Shown here: positions 37,704-47,275 of the stretch, piece by piece
Numbering within the stretch: position 1 is the stretch's first letter
Layout of the letters: each line of letters starts with the position of its first letter
Source: Salinispira sp.
GTDB taxonomy: Bacteria > Spirochaetota > Spirochaetia > DSM-27196 > Salinispiraceae
Length of the DNA: 64,000 nucleotides
Assembly (NCBI GenBank): GCA_965602015.1
Contig: OZ271918.1
Coordinates: 1,120,001 to 1,184,000, forward strand
Direction of reading: 5' to 3'
Notes under the pieces: generated by a model
Databases searched by the model: none
What the model saw: only the letters and a program-made list of their open reading frames with translations
What the model was told of the DNA's origin: nothing
Position numbers and translations under genes: made by a program

Positions 37704-38642
37704 ATGACCATGGAAGCCTTTATTCTCGGAACAGGCGGGAGCATGCCCCTGCCGCACCGCCATCTTACATCCCTCCTGCTCAGGCGGGAGGGTGACCTGT
37801 TTCTTTTCGACGCCGGCGAGGGTACCCAGGTCTCCCTCAGGCGCTTAAACCTCCGTTGGAAAAAAATCAACGCCATCTTTATCTCTCATACCCATGCGGA
37901 CCATGTAACCGGTCTCCCGGGTATGCTTATGCTTTCCTCCCAGGTCGACAGGAGCGAACCCTTATACATAATCGGTCCGCCCCGGATAGCCGAGTACGTG
38001 GAATCCAGCCGCCGGATCCTCGAAATGTATATCAACTATGAAATCATCGTTAGAGAAATCGAGAATCCCGGGCAGCCTGCCGTTGTTTATGAGACCGATG
38101 AGTACCAGGTCAGGAGTTTTCCCCTTCGTCATACCCGGGTGTGCGTGGGTTATGCCTTCGAGGAAAAACCCCGCCCCGGAATTTTCGATCCCCAGGCGGC
38201 TGTTACCCTCGATATACCCCGGGGTCCACTATGGGGCCGGCTGCAGTCCGGAGAGCAGGTCGTTCTTGAGGACGGCCGCATCGTCCTTCCGCATCAGGTG
38301 ATGGGCCCTGCTCGCTCAGGTCGGAAGGTCAGTTACGTCACCGATACGGCCTTTATGCCGGAGATTGCCGACCAGGTGCGAAATTCCGATTTGCTTATTA
38401 TTGAGGGAATGTTCGAAACCGCCTTGGCTGAAACTGCGGCGAAAAAGCGGCACATGACCGCCCGGCAGGCGGGCATTGTTGCCCGGGATTCGGCTTCAAA
38501 AAAAGCCGGACTCATTCATTTCTCACCGCGCTATACGGAACGAGAGCTGAAGACCCTGGTAAGCGAGGCGAGGGAGGAATACCCCGAGGCTTTTTTATCC
38601 AGGGACCGGATGAAAATTGACATCCCCTTCGAGGAACAGTAG
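37704..38642 (+). CDS. rnz: Ribonuclease Z
   Basis: LGTGGSMP, FDAGEGTQ, SHTHADHVTG, the GP exosite (IPRGPLWGRLQ.G), TDT, HMTA, HFSPRY. Confidence 0.95.
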   Translation: MTMEAFILGTGGSMPLPHRHLTSLLLRREGDLFLFDAGEGTQVSLRRLNLRWKKINAIFISHTHADHVTGLPGMLMLSSQVDRSEPLYIIGPPRIAEYVESSRRILEMYINYEIIVREIENPGQPAVVYETDEYQVRSFPLRHTRVCVGYAFEEKPRPGIFDPQAAVTLDIPRGPLWGRLQSGEQVVLEDGRIVLPHQVMGPARSGRKVSYVTDTAFMPEIADQVRNSDLLIIEGMFETALAETAAKKRHMTARQAGIVARDSASKKAGLIHFSPRYTERELKTLVSEAREEYPEAFLSRDRMKIDIPFEEQ

Positions 38643-38696
38643 TTTTCTGACAATCAGCGATTATAAAAATGATCAACCACTGGTGGAGGAAGGGAA

Positions 38697-39647
38697 ATGC
38701 TGGTACTTGAAGAGGTAGCCAAATCCTACGGCGACTTCCAGGCGGTCAAAACGGTAAGTTTTTCTGCGAGGAAAGGAGAGATCCTGGGCCTTTTGGGACC
38801 AAACGGCGCGGGAAAAACCAGCATAATGAGGATAATAACCGGATATCACTTTCCAAGCTCCGGTCGAGTACGTCTGGATAACGACGAGATTCTAGCAGAC
38901 AGTCCCGAGGTAAAAAATCGCATAGGGTATCTGCCGGAAAATGCCCCCCTGTATCCCGAATTCAGCGTGGCTGAATACCTGCGCTTTTGCGCGGAGGCGA
39001 GAATTCCAGGGCCCGGGAACCGGGGGAAGGCCGTTTCACGGGTAGTTAAGGACTGTTCACTGGAAGCGGTCTACCACCGCAGCGTTGCCGAGTTGTCCAA
39101 GGGCTTTCGGCAGCGTGTGGCTCTCGCCCAGGCCCTGTTGCACGATCCCGATATTCTGATTCTCGATGAACCGACCAGCGGTTTGGATCCGAATCAAATA
39201 CAGGATATTCGCAAGCTCATCCGAAACCTGGGGAAGGAAAAAACGGTAATTTTATCAACCCATATCATGCAGGAGGCAGAGGCCCTGTGCGACAGGGTCC
39301 TCATTCTAAGCCGTGGAGTGGTGGTTGCTCAAGGCGATGTCAAAAGCATAGGCCGGGAACTGAGGGGCCGGAGGACGCTCTACGTCAGATTCAATGTTTT
39401 TAACGACAACATCAGCAGGGAGCTCTCCTCCACTTCCGGCATCTCCTCCCTTGTTGCTCAAGATGAAGGCTACGAACTTGTCATCGATAGCGAGGTAAAT
39501 CCCGATTTTATCTTCGACTGGTGTGTCGAGCGGGGCTTCAAAGTTCGGGAGTTACGGCCAATCAGGGAGAGTCTGGAGGAAGTCTTTAATAAACTCACTC
39601 GCTCTGATTATCCGAGTCGGGGAGGAGATGGCAATGATCCGGAGTAA
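38697..39647 (+). CDS. ABC-2 type transporter ATP-binding protein (GldA-like)
   Basis: GPNGAGKT, LSKGFRQR, LILDEPTSGLDP, LSTH. Confidence 0.93.
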   Translation: MLVLEEVAKSYGDFQAVKTVSFSARKGEILGLLGPNGAGKTSIMRIITGYHFPSSGRVRLDNDEILADSPEVKNRIGYLPENAPLYPEFSVAEYLRFCAEARIPGPGNRGKAVSRVVKDCSLEAVYHRSVAELSKGFRQRVALAQALLHDPDILILDEPTSGLDPNQIQDIRKLIRNLGKEKTVILSTHIMQEAEALCDRVLILSRGVVVAQGDVKSIGRELRGRRTLYVRFNVFNDNISRELSSTSGISSLVAQDEGYELVIDSEVNPDFIFDWCVERGFKVRELRPIRESLEEVFNKLTRSDYPSRGGDGNDPE

Positions 39648-40365
39648 TGTTGCAGCTCTGATAAAAAAAGAACTCGCCTCCGGGCTTAACAATCCCGCGC
39701 CCTACCTGGCCGGGATTTTATTTCTCGTGTTTTCATGGCTGTGGTTTATGAGGATTTTTAACTTCGCAGCCCGGGATTATGCATCATTCAGGGAGTTTTT
39801 TAGCCTGTTTCCCCTGCTTTTTGTGCTTCTCATTCCGCCGCTCACGATGCGGCTTTGGGCCGAAGAGCGGCGCAGCGGGACCGTTGAATTGCTGCTGACC
39901 ATGCCCTATACAACCGGTCAGCTGGTCCTGGGGAAATTCTTCGGAACTTATTTTCAGTTTGTATGTATCATTCTTCTGACAACTCCGACCGTCATGATTC
40001 TCAGGAACCTTGGGGATTTTGATACCGGGCAGATATTTACCCAGTACATCGGGGTGTTTCTCATGGGGGCAAGCTATATCAGCATGGGTCAGTTCATTTC
40101 CGTTACCTGTAAGAACCAGATAACCGCAGCCCTGATCAGCATCGGCGCCATGCTGCTGAGTAGCCTGGTTTTTTCCGCCCTGGCCGGGGCGGCAGCCCTG
40201 CCGTCGTGGCTCAACGCCGGTCTGCGCTACCTCAGCACCACTTCGCATTTTGAATCATTTGCCCGGGGCGTGGTCGATACCAGGGATCTGGTTTTTTTCC
40301 TGCTGTCAAGCGCAGTCTTTCTCTACCTCAACCGTGCGGTTCTTTTGCTGAGGAAATGGAGATAG
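39628..40365 (+). CDS. ABC-2 type transporter permease (GldF-like)
   Basis: TMRLWAEERRSGTVELLLT, GKF, KNQITA, HFESFARGVVDTRD; six TM segments. Confidence 0.92.
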   Translation: MAMIRSNVAALIKKELASGLNNPAPYLAGILFLVFSWLWFMRIFNFAARDYASFREFFSLFPLLFVLLIPPLTMRLWAEERRSGTVELLLTMPYTTGQLVLGKFFGTYFQFVCIILLTTPTVMILRNLGDFDTGQIFTQYIGVFLMGASYISMGQFISVTCKNQITAALISIGAMLLSSLVFSALAGAAALPSWLNAGLRYLSTTSHFESFARGVVDTRDLVFFLLSSAVFLYLNRAVLLLRKWR

Positions 40366-40367
40366 CC

Positions 40368-42071
40368 ATGGACTTTCGCCGATATGTCAGGCTCAGCGTG
40401 CTTATAATCCTCGCCATTTTTACCGCGACTGCCTTCTTGAGCACTTCGGTGTACGGCCGTTTGGATATGAGCAGGGGAAAAGCTTTTAGCATCAGCTCCT
40501 ACACTGCTCAGATGCTCTCCCGCCTGGAGGAGAGAATCACCATCAGCTATTATGTCTCGGCTAGGCTTACTGCACGGGTTCCGGCGGTTGAGGAAATAAT
40601 CGACCTTCTCTATGAGTATCAGCGCCTTGGCAACGGATTGATAGATCTGGAAATCATCGATCCCGACAGCGCCGAGAGCCCGGCTCCGGAAGATTTAGGG
40701 ATACAGCCCCAGGAGCTTCAGGTTGTTGAGAATAATGAACAGACCTTTGCCCGGGTGTACAGCGGCATTGCCGTATCCTACCTCGACGGTCTTGAAGTGA
40801 TTCCCATCATTGTCGACGCTGCTGATCTGGAGTACGAACTCAGTTCCCGTATTCAGAGTCTTACGCTGGGCGGCAGACCCCGGATTGGCCTTATGCTCGG
40901 CAAGGTAAATGAGGATCCGTCCCAGTATCAGACGGTGCTTCAATACCTTTCCCAATACTATGACATACGCCTTATACCCGCCGGAGATCAGATCCCTCCG
41001 GACATCGAGGTTTTGCTGGTGATGGGTAGCGCTGTGTTGGAAGACCGGGACTTATTCCTGATTGAGCAGTACATGCTATCGGGAAACGGCGTACTATTTG
41101 CCGCCGATGTGGCTGAGGTAAATATCGAGGACAATCTACTCTCCACGGATTACAGCGGGCGGCCGGCCGGCGGTTTTCTTGCCCATCACGGTTTTAGCCT
41201 CGAGCCCGCATGGGTGATTGACGAATCGAATCTTTTGCTGCCGGTACAGCAGCAACAGGGCAGGGTAGTGGTCAACAGTATGCAGCCCTATCCCCAGTGG
41301 CCGGCGATTTTACCGGCGAACGTTGAACCGGGGCATCCCTTAACCGCCGGTTTCGAAGGCCTGGACTTGTTCTGGGCAGGTCCGGTATTTCCCTCTGAAG
41401 AAGCCATTGCCAACGGCGCGCGCATTCTTGCCAAAAGCAGCGAAGTTTCAGCCCTCGATTATGACTTTCTCACCCAGCCGGACACCGGGTCAATTGCTTC
41501 CCGGCCCGATTCTCGGGGCAACTATCCCCTGGTGATCGCCTATTCCGGGCCCCTCCGCGCCTATTACCGGGAGGCGCCGTCGGAGCTGACCAATGTAGAT
41601 TTCGACTCTCCTCTTGGTGAGAGCGGGGAAAGCAGACTGATTATCATGGGTGACAGCGATTTCCCCGGTGAGCTCTTTCAGACAGCGGCCTCGACCCATA
41701 ATATATTTTTTATGCAGAGCATTATTGAGTACCTGTCGGGCGACCGGGAGCTCCTCGAATTGAGAACCAGGGGCCAGCGCAACACCGGTCTTAACGCCTT
41801 GGCCACAGCACAGGAGCGAAACCGCGTCATCGCATTTGCGGAAATACTATCCTTCTTCCTGCTGCCTTCCGTTCTCGCCTCTTTCGGCATTCTGCGGTAT
41901 CTCCGCCGAAGGGCAAAATCCCGGCGATTGTACCCATATGAAGGCGATGTGGAAGCTGTCGGTCCCGCGGGGAACCCGCAAAGTGACGACTCGTTCCCCG
42001 GCGGGCTGCCGAGTAACCTGCATAAGGGCGGCGATTCGTATGGTGTCGATCCGGAGGGCGAGAATGACTGA
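40368..42071 (+). CDS. GldG-family ABC transporter accessory protein
   Basis: RLDMSRGKAFSIS, IIDP, LEYELS, GDSDF, N..F....EYL.GD..L..LR; TM segments at both ends. Confidence 0.88.
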   Translation: MDFRRYVRLSVLIILAIFTATAFLSTSVYGRLDMSRGKAFSISSYTAQMLSRLEERITISYYVSARLTARVPAVEEIIDLLYEYQRLGNGLIDLEIIDPDSAESPAPEDLGIQPQELQVVENNEQTFARVYSGIAVSYLDGLEVIPIIVDAADLEYELSSRIQSLTLGGRPRIGLMLGKVNEDPSQYQTVLQYLSQYYDIRLIPAGDQIPPDIEVLLVMGSAVLEDRDLFLIEQYMLSGNGVLFAADVAEVNIEDNLLSTDYSGRPAGGFLAHHGFSLEPAWVIDESNLLLPVQQQQGRVVVNSMQPYPQWPAILPANVEPGHPLTAGFEGLDLFWAGPVFPSEEAIANGARILAKSSEVSALDYDFLTQPDTGSIASRPDSRGNYPLVIAYSGPLRAYYREAPSELTNVDFDSPLGESGESRLIIMGDSDFPGELFQTAASTHNIFFMQSIIEYLSGDRELLELRTRGQRNTGLNALATAQERNRVIAFAEILSFFLLPSVLASFGILRYLRRRAKSRRLYPYEGDVEAVGPAGNPQSDDSFPGGLPSNLHKGGDSYGVDPEGEND

Positions 42072-43014
42072 AAGGCGCTATACCAAGGCGATTATAGGCC
42101 AATTAGCTGTTTTGGCTATGCTCATTCTGGCGAACCTCATTAGCGCGGGCGCTCAAAACCGGGGACGGGCGGAATTCAGTTCTTCACTCAGCGATTTTAT
42201 CAGTCCCGATATGAATTATCAGCGCATTCTTATTCAACGGCCCGGCGCTGAACCGGTTTCGCTCATTCTGGACGGGGAGCGTTGGCTGGTCGAGACACAG
42301 GGAGCTATTGCTATTGCGCGAAACAGCAGGGTGAGAGATTTTATCCGCGCTATTTTCTCCCTGGATTTTACCCGTCGGGTTGCCGGGCTTGAGGGAAACG
42401 AAGCCGGTTTCGGATTGGATACCGGCGAGCGGATATCATTCTTCGACCCCGGCGGCCGGGAGATTACCAGCCTGATTTTTGGCTCGGTGGCAAGTCAGCT
42501 CAGCGAGCAGTATTTTAGCTTCAGCGGTCATAATGAAATTTTTGCCATACCGACAGATATCGGATTCTACCTGAGCCAAAGCCCGGTATATTGGCAAGAG
42601 CTGCGGGTATGGAATGCCGAATCCATCCTCCCAGACGATGTCATAATGATGAGCCGGGAATACGCCGACGGTTTCGCCGAGTCGTGGCAGCCCGACTCCC
42701 GCGGAAGCTGGGTCGATGATACGGGTACGGAAAACGAAACTGATATGCGCGCTGTGGTCAGAGGTTTCCTTCGGCTGGAAGGGCTTGCAATTCTCGGCGG
42801 CGACCTTCCATCCGAAGCCCGGCCCCAATTTACTATAACGCTAACGGTAACCGACGGCAGAAACCTGTCTGCGGCTTTTTACCGTTCGTTCGGTGAAGAA
42901 GGTGAGCGGTACTTTCTTCGTCCCCTGTCCGGGCCGGATTTCCGATCCGCCGCGGGAATGTCGCGGCTTTATGAAATACCTGAGTGGCGCTTTCTGCCCT
43001 ACCTGGATATATGA
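42064..43014 (+). CDS. DUF4340-like periplasmic protein
   Basis: N-terminal TM, W...A....V, GFGLD and a duplicated module; usual fourth gene of GldA/F/G-like clusters. Confidence 0.7.
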   Translation: MTERRYTKAIIGQLAVLAMLILANLISAGAQNRGRAEFSSSLSDFISPDMNYQRILIQRPGAEPVSLILDGERWLVETQGAIAIARNSRVRDFIRAIFSLDFTRRVAGLEGNEAGFGLDTGERISFFDPGGREITSLIFGSVASQLSEQYFSFSGHNEIFAIPTDIGFYLSQSPVYWQELRVWNAESILPDDVIMMSREYADGFAESWQPDSRGSWVDDTGTENETDMRAVVRGFLRLEGLAILGGDLPSEARPQFTITLTVTDGRNLSAAFYRSFGEEGERYFLRPLSGPDFRSAAGMSRLYEIPEWRFLPYLDI

Positions 43015-43091
43015 TTACCCATCGAAACTACCAATGAGCGGGCTGTGTCGGGGCTGGTCGTTCCGCTATGTCCGCGAGTCCCGGTGGAGAA

Positions 43092-44351
43092 CTATTTGGG
43101 CGCACCCATGAGGTGGGACCGGTACTTTTGCGGATCGGCTTTGAAGGCGATAATCCGTCCTTTTTTAGGACCAGCTATTCCCGCGGCCTTTAGCCCCTCC
43201 TTGAGCAGCCTGTCACCTCCCATGAGTCTGCCGCTTCTCGAGCTGATGCCGGCATACAATTCGGACTCATCCATACCATTGCCTTCGACCTGAATGAGGA
43301 ACTTCTCCACCTGCCTGACCGACTCGCCCTGGTCATGATTCGGCATAATTGCGCAGTAGTAATTTTTATCCAGTGAAAAAACCATGTCCTCATAGCGAAA
43401 AAATCTCAACAGGCGATCCTCAAAATCTTCACGGGCTGCAGAGTCTTTAACGAGGCCCCTGCTGAGTCGAAAAACCACAAAACTGATGTCGTTTTCGTTT
43501 TCCGCTGAGCGCTCGATCTCATTGTTGAGTCTCAGGCGCAAGAGCTTTGACGGCCATATCCGGTTTTCCTGTGCGTCAAAATCTTCGGGGGATGAGTTTA
43601 CCTGAGCGTTGCTGCCGCCGGCCGCAGAGGGGGCATCGTCCTCATCTTGGGAGATGCTATCAAGTTCCCCTAATGTTTCTGTATCATCTTGCCGTGGCAG
43701 TCCCTTTTCATCGGGAGCTTCGGGTGAGATAGAGTTTTTCGAAGCCTGAGTTCCGCTTGTGTTTTTATAGGACGTCTCTCCAGATTCGCCGGGGTAGTAC
43801 TCAATTCCATCATCCGTGTTCTGATTCTGTGTGATAATCGCAATTACAAGGTATACGAGGGTGAACGCGGCAAATGCGATGAGGATGTAGAGAATACTGA
43901 TCATTATCGGATAAAGATCTGTCAGGAGAATAGCCTGATAAATTACTGTTAAACTGGCACCGTCGGGAAGCAGCCGGGTAATCTGTTCTTCATAGATATC
44001 GTTAAAAACCAGATTTGGCCTGCCTCTGAGGGTGTCGATATTTTCCGGGAGATTTGCCAGGTAATCGCGGTTCCTGCTCCAGAGGGCGGAGATTCCCGCG
44101 CTTTCCCGGTAGACGACGATTACCGCGATCCGGTCCCGGCTCTCACTTCTGCGCAGCTCGCCAATAACATCATTATAGGGAATCGAAGCATCTATCCGGC
44201 GTAGAGAGGCGATCTGTCCATCGAGAACGTCATGCGCCTCTTCCAGTACGGTGTTTCGGGATGTTGAAAGGGCGGCAAAGAAGTATCCCAGGAGGAAAAG
44301 CAGGAAGATGAGTGAAATGCCGATGTAAACCTTCTGAAAAATACCCTTCAT
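43092..44351 (-). CDS. Membrane protein with degenerate GGDEF domain
   Basis: Two TM segments flanking a periplasmic domain, an acidic linker, then LNNEIERS...ISFVVF...RYEDMVFSLDKNYYCAIMP...YAGIS...LL.E; the GGDEF position reads DKNYY. Confidence 0.75.
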   Translation of the reverse strand: MKGIFQKVYIGISLIFLLFLLGYFFAALSTSRNTVLEEAHDVLDGQIASLRRIDASIPYNDVIGELRRSESRDRIAVIVVYRESAGISALWSRNRDYLANLPENIDTLRGRPNLVFNDIYEEQITRLLPDGASLTVIYQAILLTDLYPIMISILYILIAFAAFTLVYLVIAIITQNQNTDDGIEYYPGESGETSYKNTSGTQASKNSISPEAPDEKGLPRQDDTETLGELDSISQDEDDAPSAAGGSNAQVNSSPEDFDAQENRIWPSKLLRLRLNNEIERSAENENDISFVVFRLSRGLVKDSAAREDFEDRLLRFFRYEDMVFSLDKNYYCAIMPNHDQGESVRQVEKFLIQVEGNGMDESELYAGISSRSGRLMGGDRLLKEGLKAAGIAGPKKGRIIAFKADPQKYRSHLMGAPK

Positions 44352-44369
44352 ATAAAATATTATAGGAGA

Positions 44370-45935
44370 CTATTCAGTTCTTGCATACTGAAATGCTTCC
44401 CGCAGGCTCTGCTCCTCATCCCCGCTTCTCATCCATTGTACATATGCGGTTTTTACCTCGATTCCATGAGAGATGATCAGACCCTCCAACTGGAACTTAT
44501 TGCCAGGGTTGCTGAAGAGATCCGGCGGAATCCTCGGGGGTAAGGCGGTAATTGCATCCGTTTTGTCCTGAATCATGGTTTTTGTGCTCTGGATGACATG
44601 GTCCGGGCAGGATGTGGTTTCGATTGCCGGCCGGTTCTGTTCAGGGCTGCGAAGTGAATCAATTTCCTCCTCGATTGCCATGAGAAAATCACCTAAGCCG
44701 GGGTAGTTTATTGCTGGTATGTTTGGAGTTCCCGGAGAATATCGTCGTAGCTCGGGCCACTTGTTTGCGTCTGCGTTGGCGTGGGCCCAACGGCGGTAGA
44801 CTTTTAAGTCATCGCCGCGGCTTCGAAGCCAGCGCTCGGTGGTCAGGCCATTAAAGCGGTTTGTGTGAGCCTCTATGTACTCATCAAAACTATGAGGTCT
44901 GGCATGGCTTGCCAGATTCCTCGGCGCAAAATCCGCTCCGGCAAGAAAGACCTTCGCGGCCCCTGAATCGGCTAACAGGTCAATTGCGGAAAAGATTACC
45001 GAACCCCTCTCGGGGATTCGGGGCACATAGGGCATGAGTTCAGGGGCATACTGTTCGAGGGCCGAGCCCTGAGAGAACTGACAGGCAGGTATTGTGCCTG
45101 AACGTATTTTTTGCCGCAGCCAGGCGGGGAGCATTGCCGTGGCGGCGTAAAGCAGAAGGCTGTCTTTATTTAGGTGTCGAAGGTGCAGACCTGCCCAAAA
45201 ACCCCCGTCGCTTGCCACCACCGCATCGGGAATTATTCCCTGTGATTGTAATGCTCTCAATGCGGACGGAAGGGCCCAGATACAGAGCTTTTGACGCGCG
45301 CGGGAAAAAAACGGAAGGCAGTCTTCGAGACTTGGACCGGATGCACAGAGTACTAAGGGTTTACCCAGACGGGAAATCCGGAGCTGTGTTAAAAGAAGAT
45401 TCCGGTTGTGGACTAGATTTCTTTTCCATCGGGGTCCGAAGTAACTCCTGGTCGCAAATCCCTTTTGAAGTTCGGTAAGATAATCAAGAATACCGGCCCT
45501 TAAAAAAGCGTGACCCACTATGTGCTCCCCGGCCGGCCAATCGGAAACAAAACACCCGAGGAAATCAAGTTCGCCCAATAAGGAGCCAAGCACCAGGCGC
45601 AGGCTCCTCGAATCTGGTGTCAGGTATAATTCACATCCTGCTTCACGCACCTCTGCCGGAATACCTGACTTAACCTGGTTAAAAAGCTTCACATCGCTGT
45701 ACAGGGCGGAAATCCGTGATTGGGGAAACTTCTCTCTTATGGGAATTGCGGAGAAGCCGAAGCCCGGATTGACCAGGATAACCTTCAAGGGCCAGCTACT
45801 ATGAACCCGTTGCAGCTGCAGAGATTCTCCGATTTGAGCGCTTACCACTCTCTGTGCTTCTTTGACGGGATTGCGGATGCTGTGCAGCAGACGATTGTTT
45901 ATCCGGTACTGTGGGGGCGAGTTCTTTTTATCCAT
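44370..45935 (-). CDS. Maf/DUF115 (MptE-like) domain protein
   Basis: LHS..NP..EA.R N-terminus, LCASGPSL, PDAVVASDGG, GSV..SA, LAGADF, SHARP. Confidence 0.75.
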   Translation of the reverse strand: MDKKNSPPQYRINNRLLHSIRNPVKEAQRVVSAQIGESLQLQRVHSSWPLKVILVNPGFGFSAIPIREKFPQSRISALYSDVKLFNQVKSGIPAEVREAGCELYLTPDSRSLRLVLGSLLGELDFLGCFVSDWPAGEHIVGHAFLRAGILDYLTELQKGFATRSYFGPRWKRNLVHNRNLLLTQLRISRLGKPLVLCASGPSLEDCLPFFSRARQKLCIWALPSALRALQSQGIIPDAVVASDGGFWAGLHLRHLNKDSLLLYAATAMLPAWLRQKIRSGTIPACQFSQGSALEQYAPELMPYVPRIPERGSVIFSAIDLLADSGAAKVFLAGADFAPRNLASHARPHSFDEYIEAHTNRFNGLTTERWLRSRGDDLKVYRRWAHANADANKWPELRRYSPGTPNIPAINYPGLGDFLMAIEEEIDSLRSPEQNRPAIETTSCPDHVIQSTKTMIQDKTDAITALPPRIPPDLFSNPGNKFQLEGLIISHGIEVKTAYVQWMRSGDEEQSLREAFQYARTE

Positions 45936-45961
45936 ATTACTTTGTGAGAATGAGGCTTATT

Positions 45962-47272
45962 TTATGGCCGGCTATCCCGGAGCCGGTTCGAAAGCGACTG
46001 CATTTCCTCCCGGGAGAATTGGATAAAATCGAGGCCAGGCAGGGCGGCGCTAAACGCCTGCTGAAATGAGAACTCCAGCTGTTCAATAATGAGGGAGGGA
46101 TCCAGCTCCTGAATACCACTGATTAGAATAAAAAAGTAATCATCGTCCATGTAGACAGACCCGTCGTCCTGTACGATGCTCCCCAGCACCCGAAGACAGT
46201 CCCGGTAGAAACTCATGCTCCAAACCTGCGGAATAGTGGTTTCAATGAATGAACGGACTTGCGCCTTGGGTAAACCGAGCAGAAGCGAATCAGGAGAATC
46301 GACGGCTTGGCGCAGTTGCGAGGGAAACTCCTGGGAGCTCAGGATAAACAACGGCGAGATGTTTTCAAGCAGAATGCCGCGGCTCTTCCTGATCATTTTG
46401 CCGAGGGCATTGCCCAGGGTGGCTACTACCAGGTCAATGCTTTCCTGAGAGATGCTCGCGATTTTGCTGCCCGAAATGATAAAAAGCCCATCGCTCGTCG
46501 AACCAAGGGGAATGACAATAAGGGATTCTATATTTGACCGGTCCCGGCTGGAAAACATATGCTTCCAGCCCTCCAGCTCGGCAGACTCCCGAAGCAAACC
46601 GCTTTCTATACTGTCAGCCGGGTTGACCCTCAAACGGATGAGGCTGTCTGTATCAAATCCCTTTGAACAGTAGGGAACAAGGGTTTCATCTGCATGTTCG
46701 GGTAACAACAGCAGTGCGCTACCGAGGCCGAGCAGATCGGCCAATATACCAAAAGCGTGATAAGGCGCATCAATTCCCCTGTCGATGCTTCCTATCCCCG
46801 CCATAAGCTGGGGGAGAATTAAAACGGGCTGCGGGGTAAAGTCAGCGCTTCTTGAAGGGAGATTTGAGTTGTGCATGTGGGCAGATGCTGCGGGAAACGA
46901 CGCCGGTTCTCCTTCGTCTGCCGCCGCTGGCTTACCGTCCCGGGCCGAGGGAGCATCTGCGATTTCCGACGGATTTTCTTTGTATGAGCCGGTCGGTAGT
47001 ACAATATTGGACAGATCTTCATCTGCCGGTGTTAACTCCCGGGTGAAGTCATCGGCGGAAAGCACGTCCCGGCTGCTTTCAGACGGGAGGGTTTCCGGCT
47101 CGTCAAAATCGATTTCTTCAAAGAGCCCGTCATTGCCCCTGACATTGTGCGTTTTCTCGCTGAGAATACGGCGTGCCTTGTCGAGGAGACCACTGCCGCT
47201 GGCTGCAGTATCGTTGAGAGCTGTTTCGTTGATGCTTTTCTGATACGCTTTTACCCGCGCCAAAAGGCCCAT
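45962..47272 (-). CDS. Hypothetical protein with disordered N-terminus and GAF-like central region
   Basis: Repeated GLL.(R/K) N-terminal motif, acidic linker, then LGLGSALLLLP...LVPYCSKGFD...SLIVIPLG...GLFII, a GAF-like pattern. Confidence 0.6.
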   Translation of the reverse strand: MGLLARVKAYQKSINETALNDTAASGSGLLDKARRILSEKTHNVRGNDGLFEEIDFDEPETLPSESSRDVLSADDFTRELTPADEDLSNIVLPTGSYKENPSEIADAPSARDGKPAAADEGEPASFPAASAHMHNSNLPSRSADFTPQPVLILPQLMAGIGSIDRGIDAPYHAFGILADLLGLGSALLLLPEHADETLVPYCSKGFDTDSLIRLRVNPADSIESGLLRESAELEGWKHMFSSRDRSNIESLIVIPLGSTSDGLFIISGSKIASISQESIDLVVATLGNALGKMIRKSRGILLENISPLFILSSQEFPSQLRQAVDSPDSLLLGLPKAQVRSFIETTIPQVWSMSFYRDCLRVLGSIVQDDGSVYMDDDYFFILISGIQELDPSLIIEQLEFSFQQAFSAALPGLDFIQFSREEMQSLSNRLRDSRP

Positions 47273-47275
47273 GGA

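Noticed and set aside
32890..45935. folC plus the MptE-like protein as an alternative folate pathway
   Set aside because: They are about 10 kb apart in different operons, and the DUF115 protein has the long Maf-type layout.
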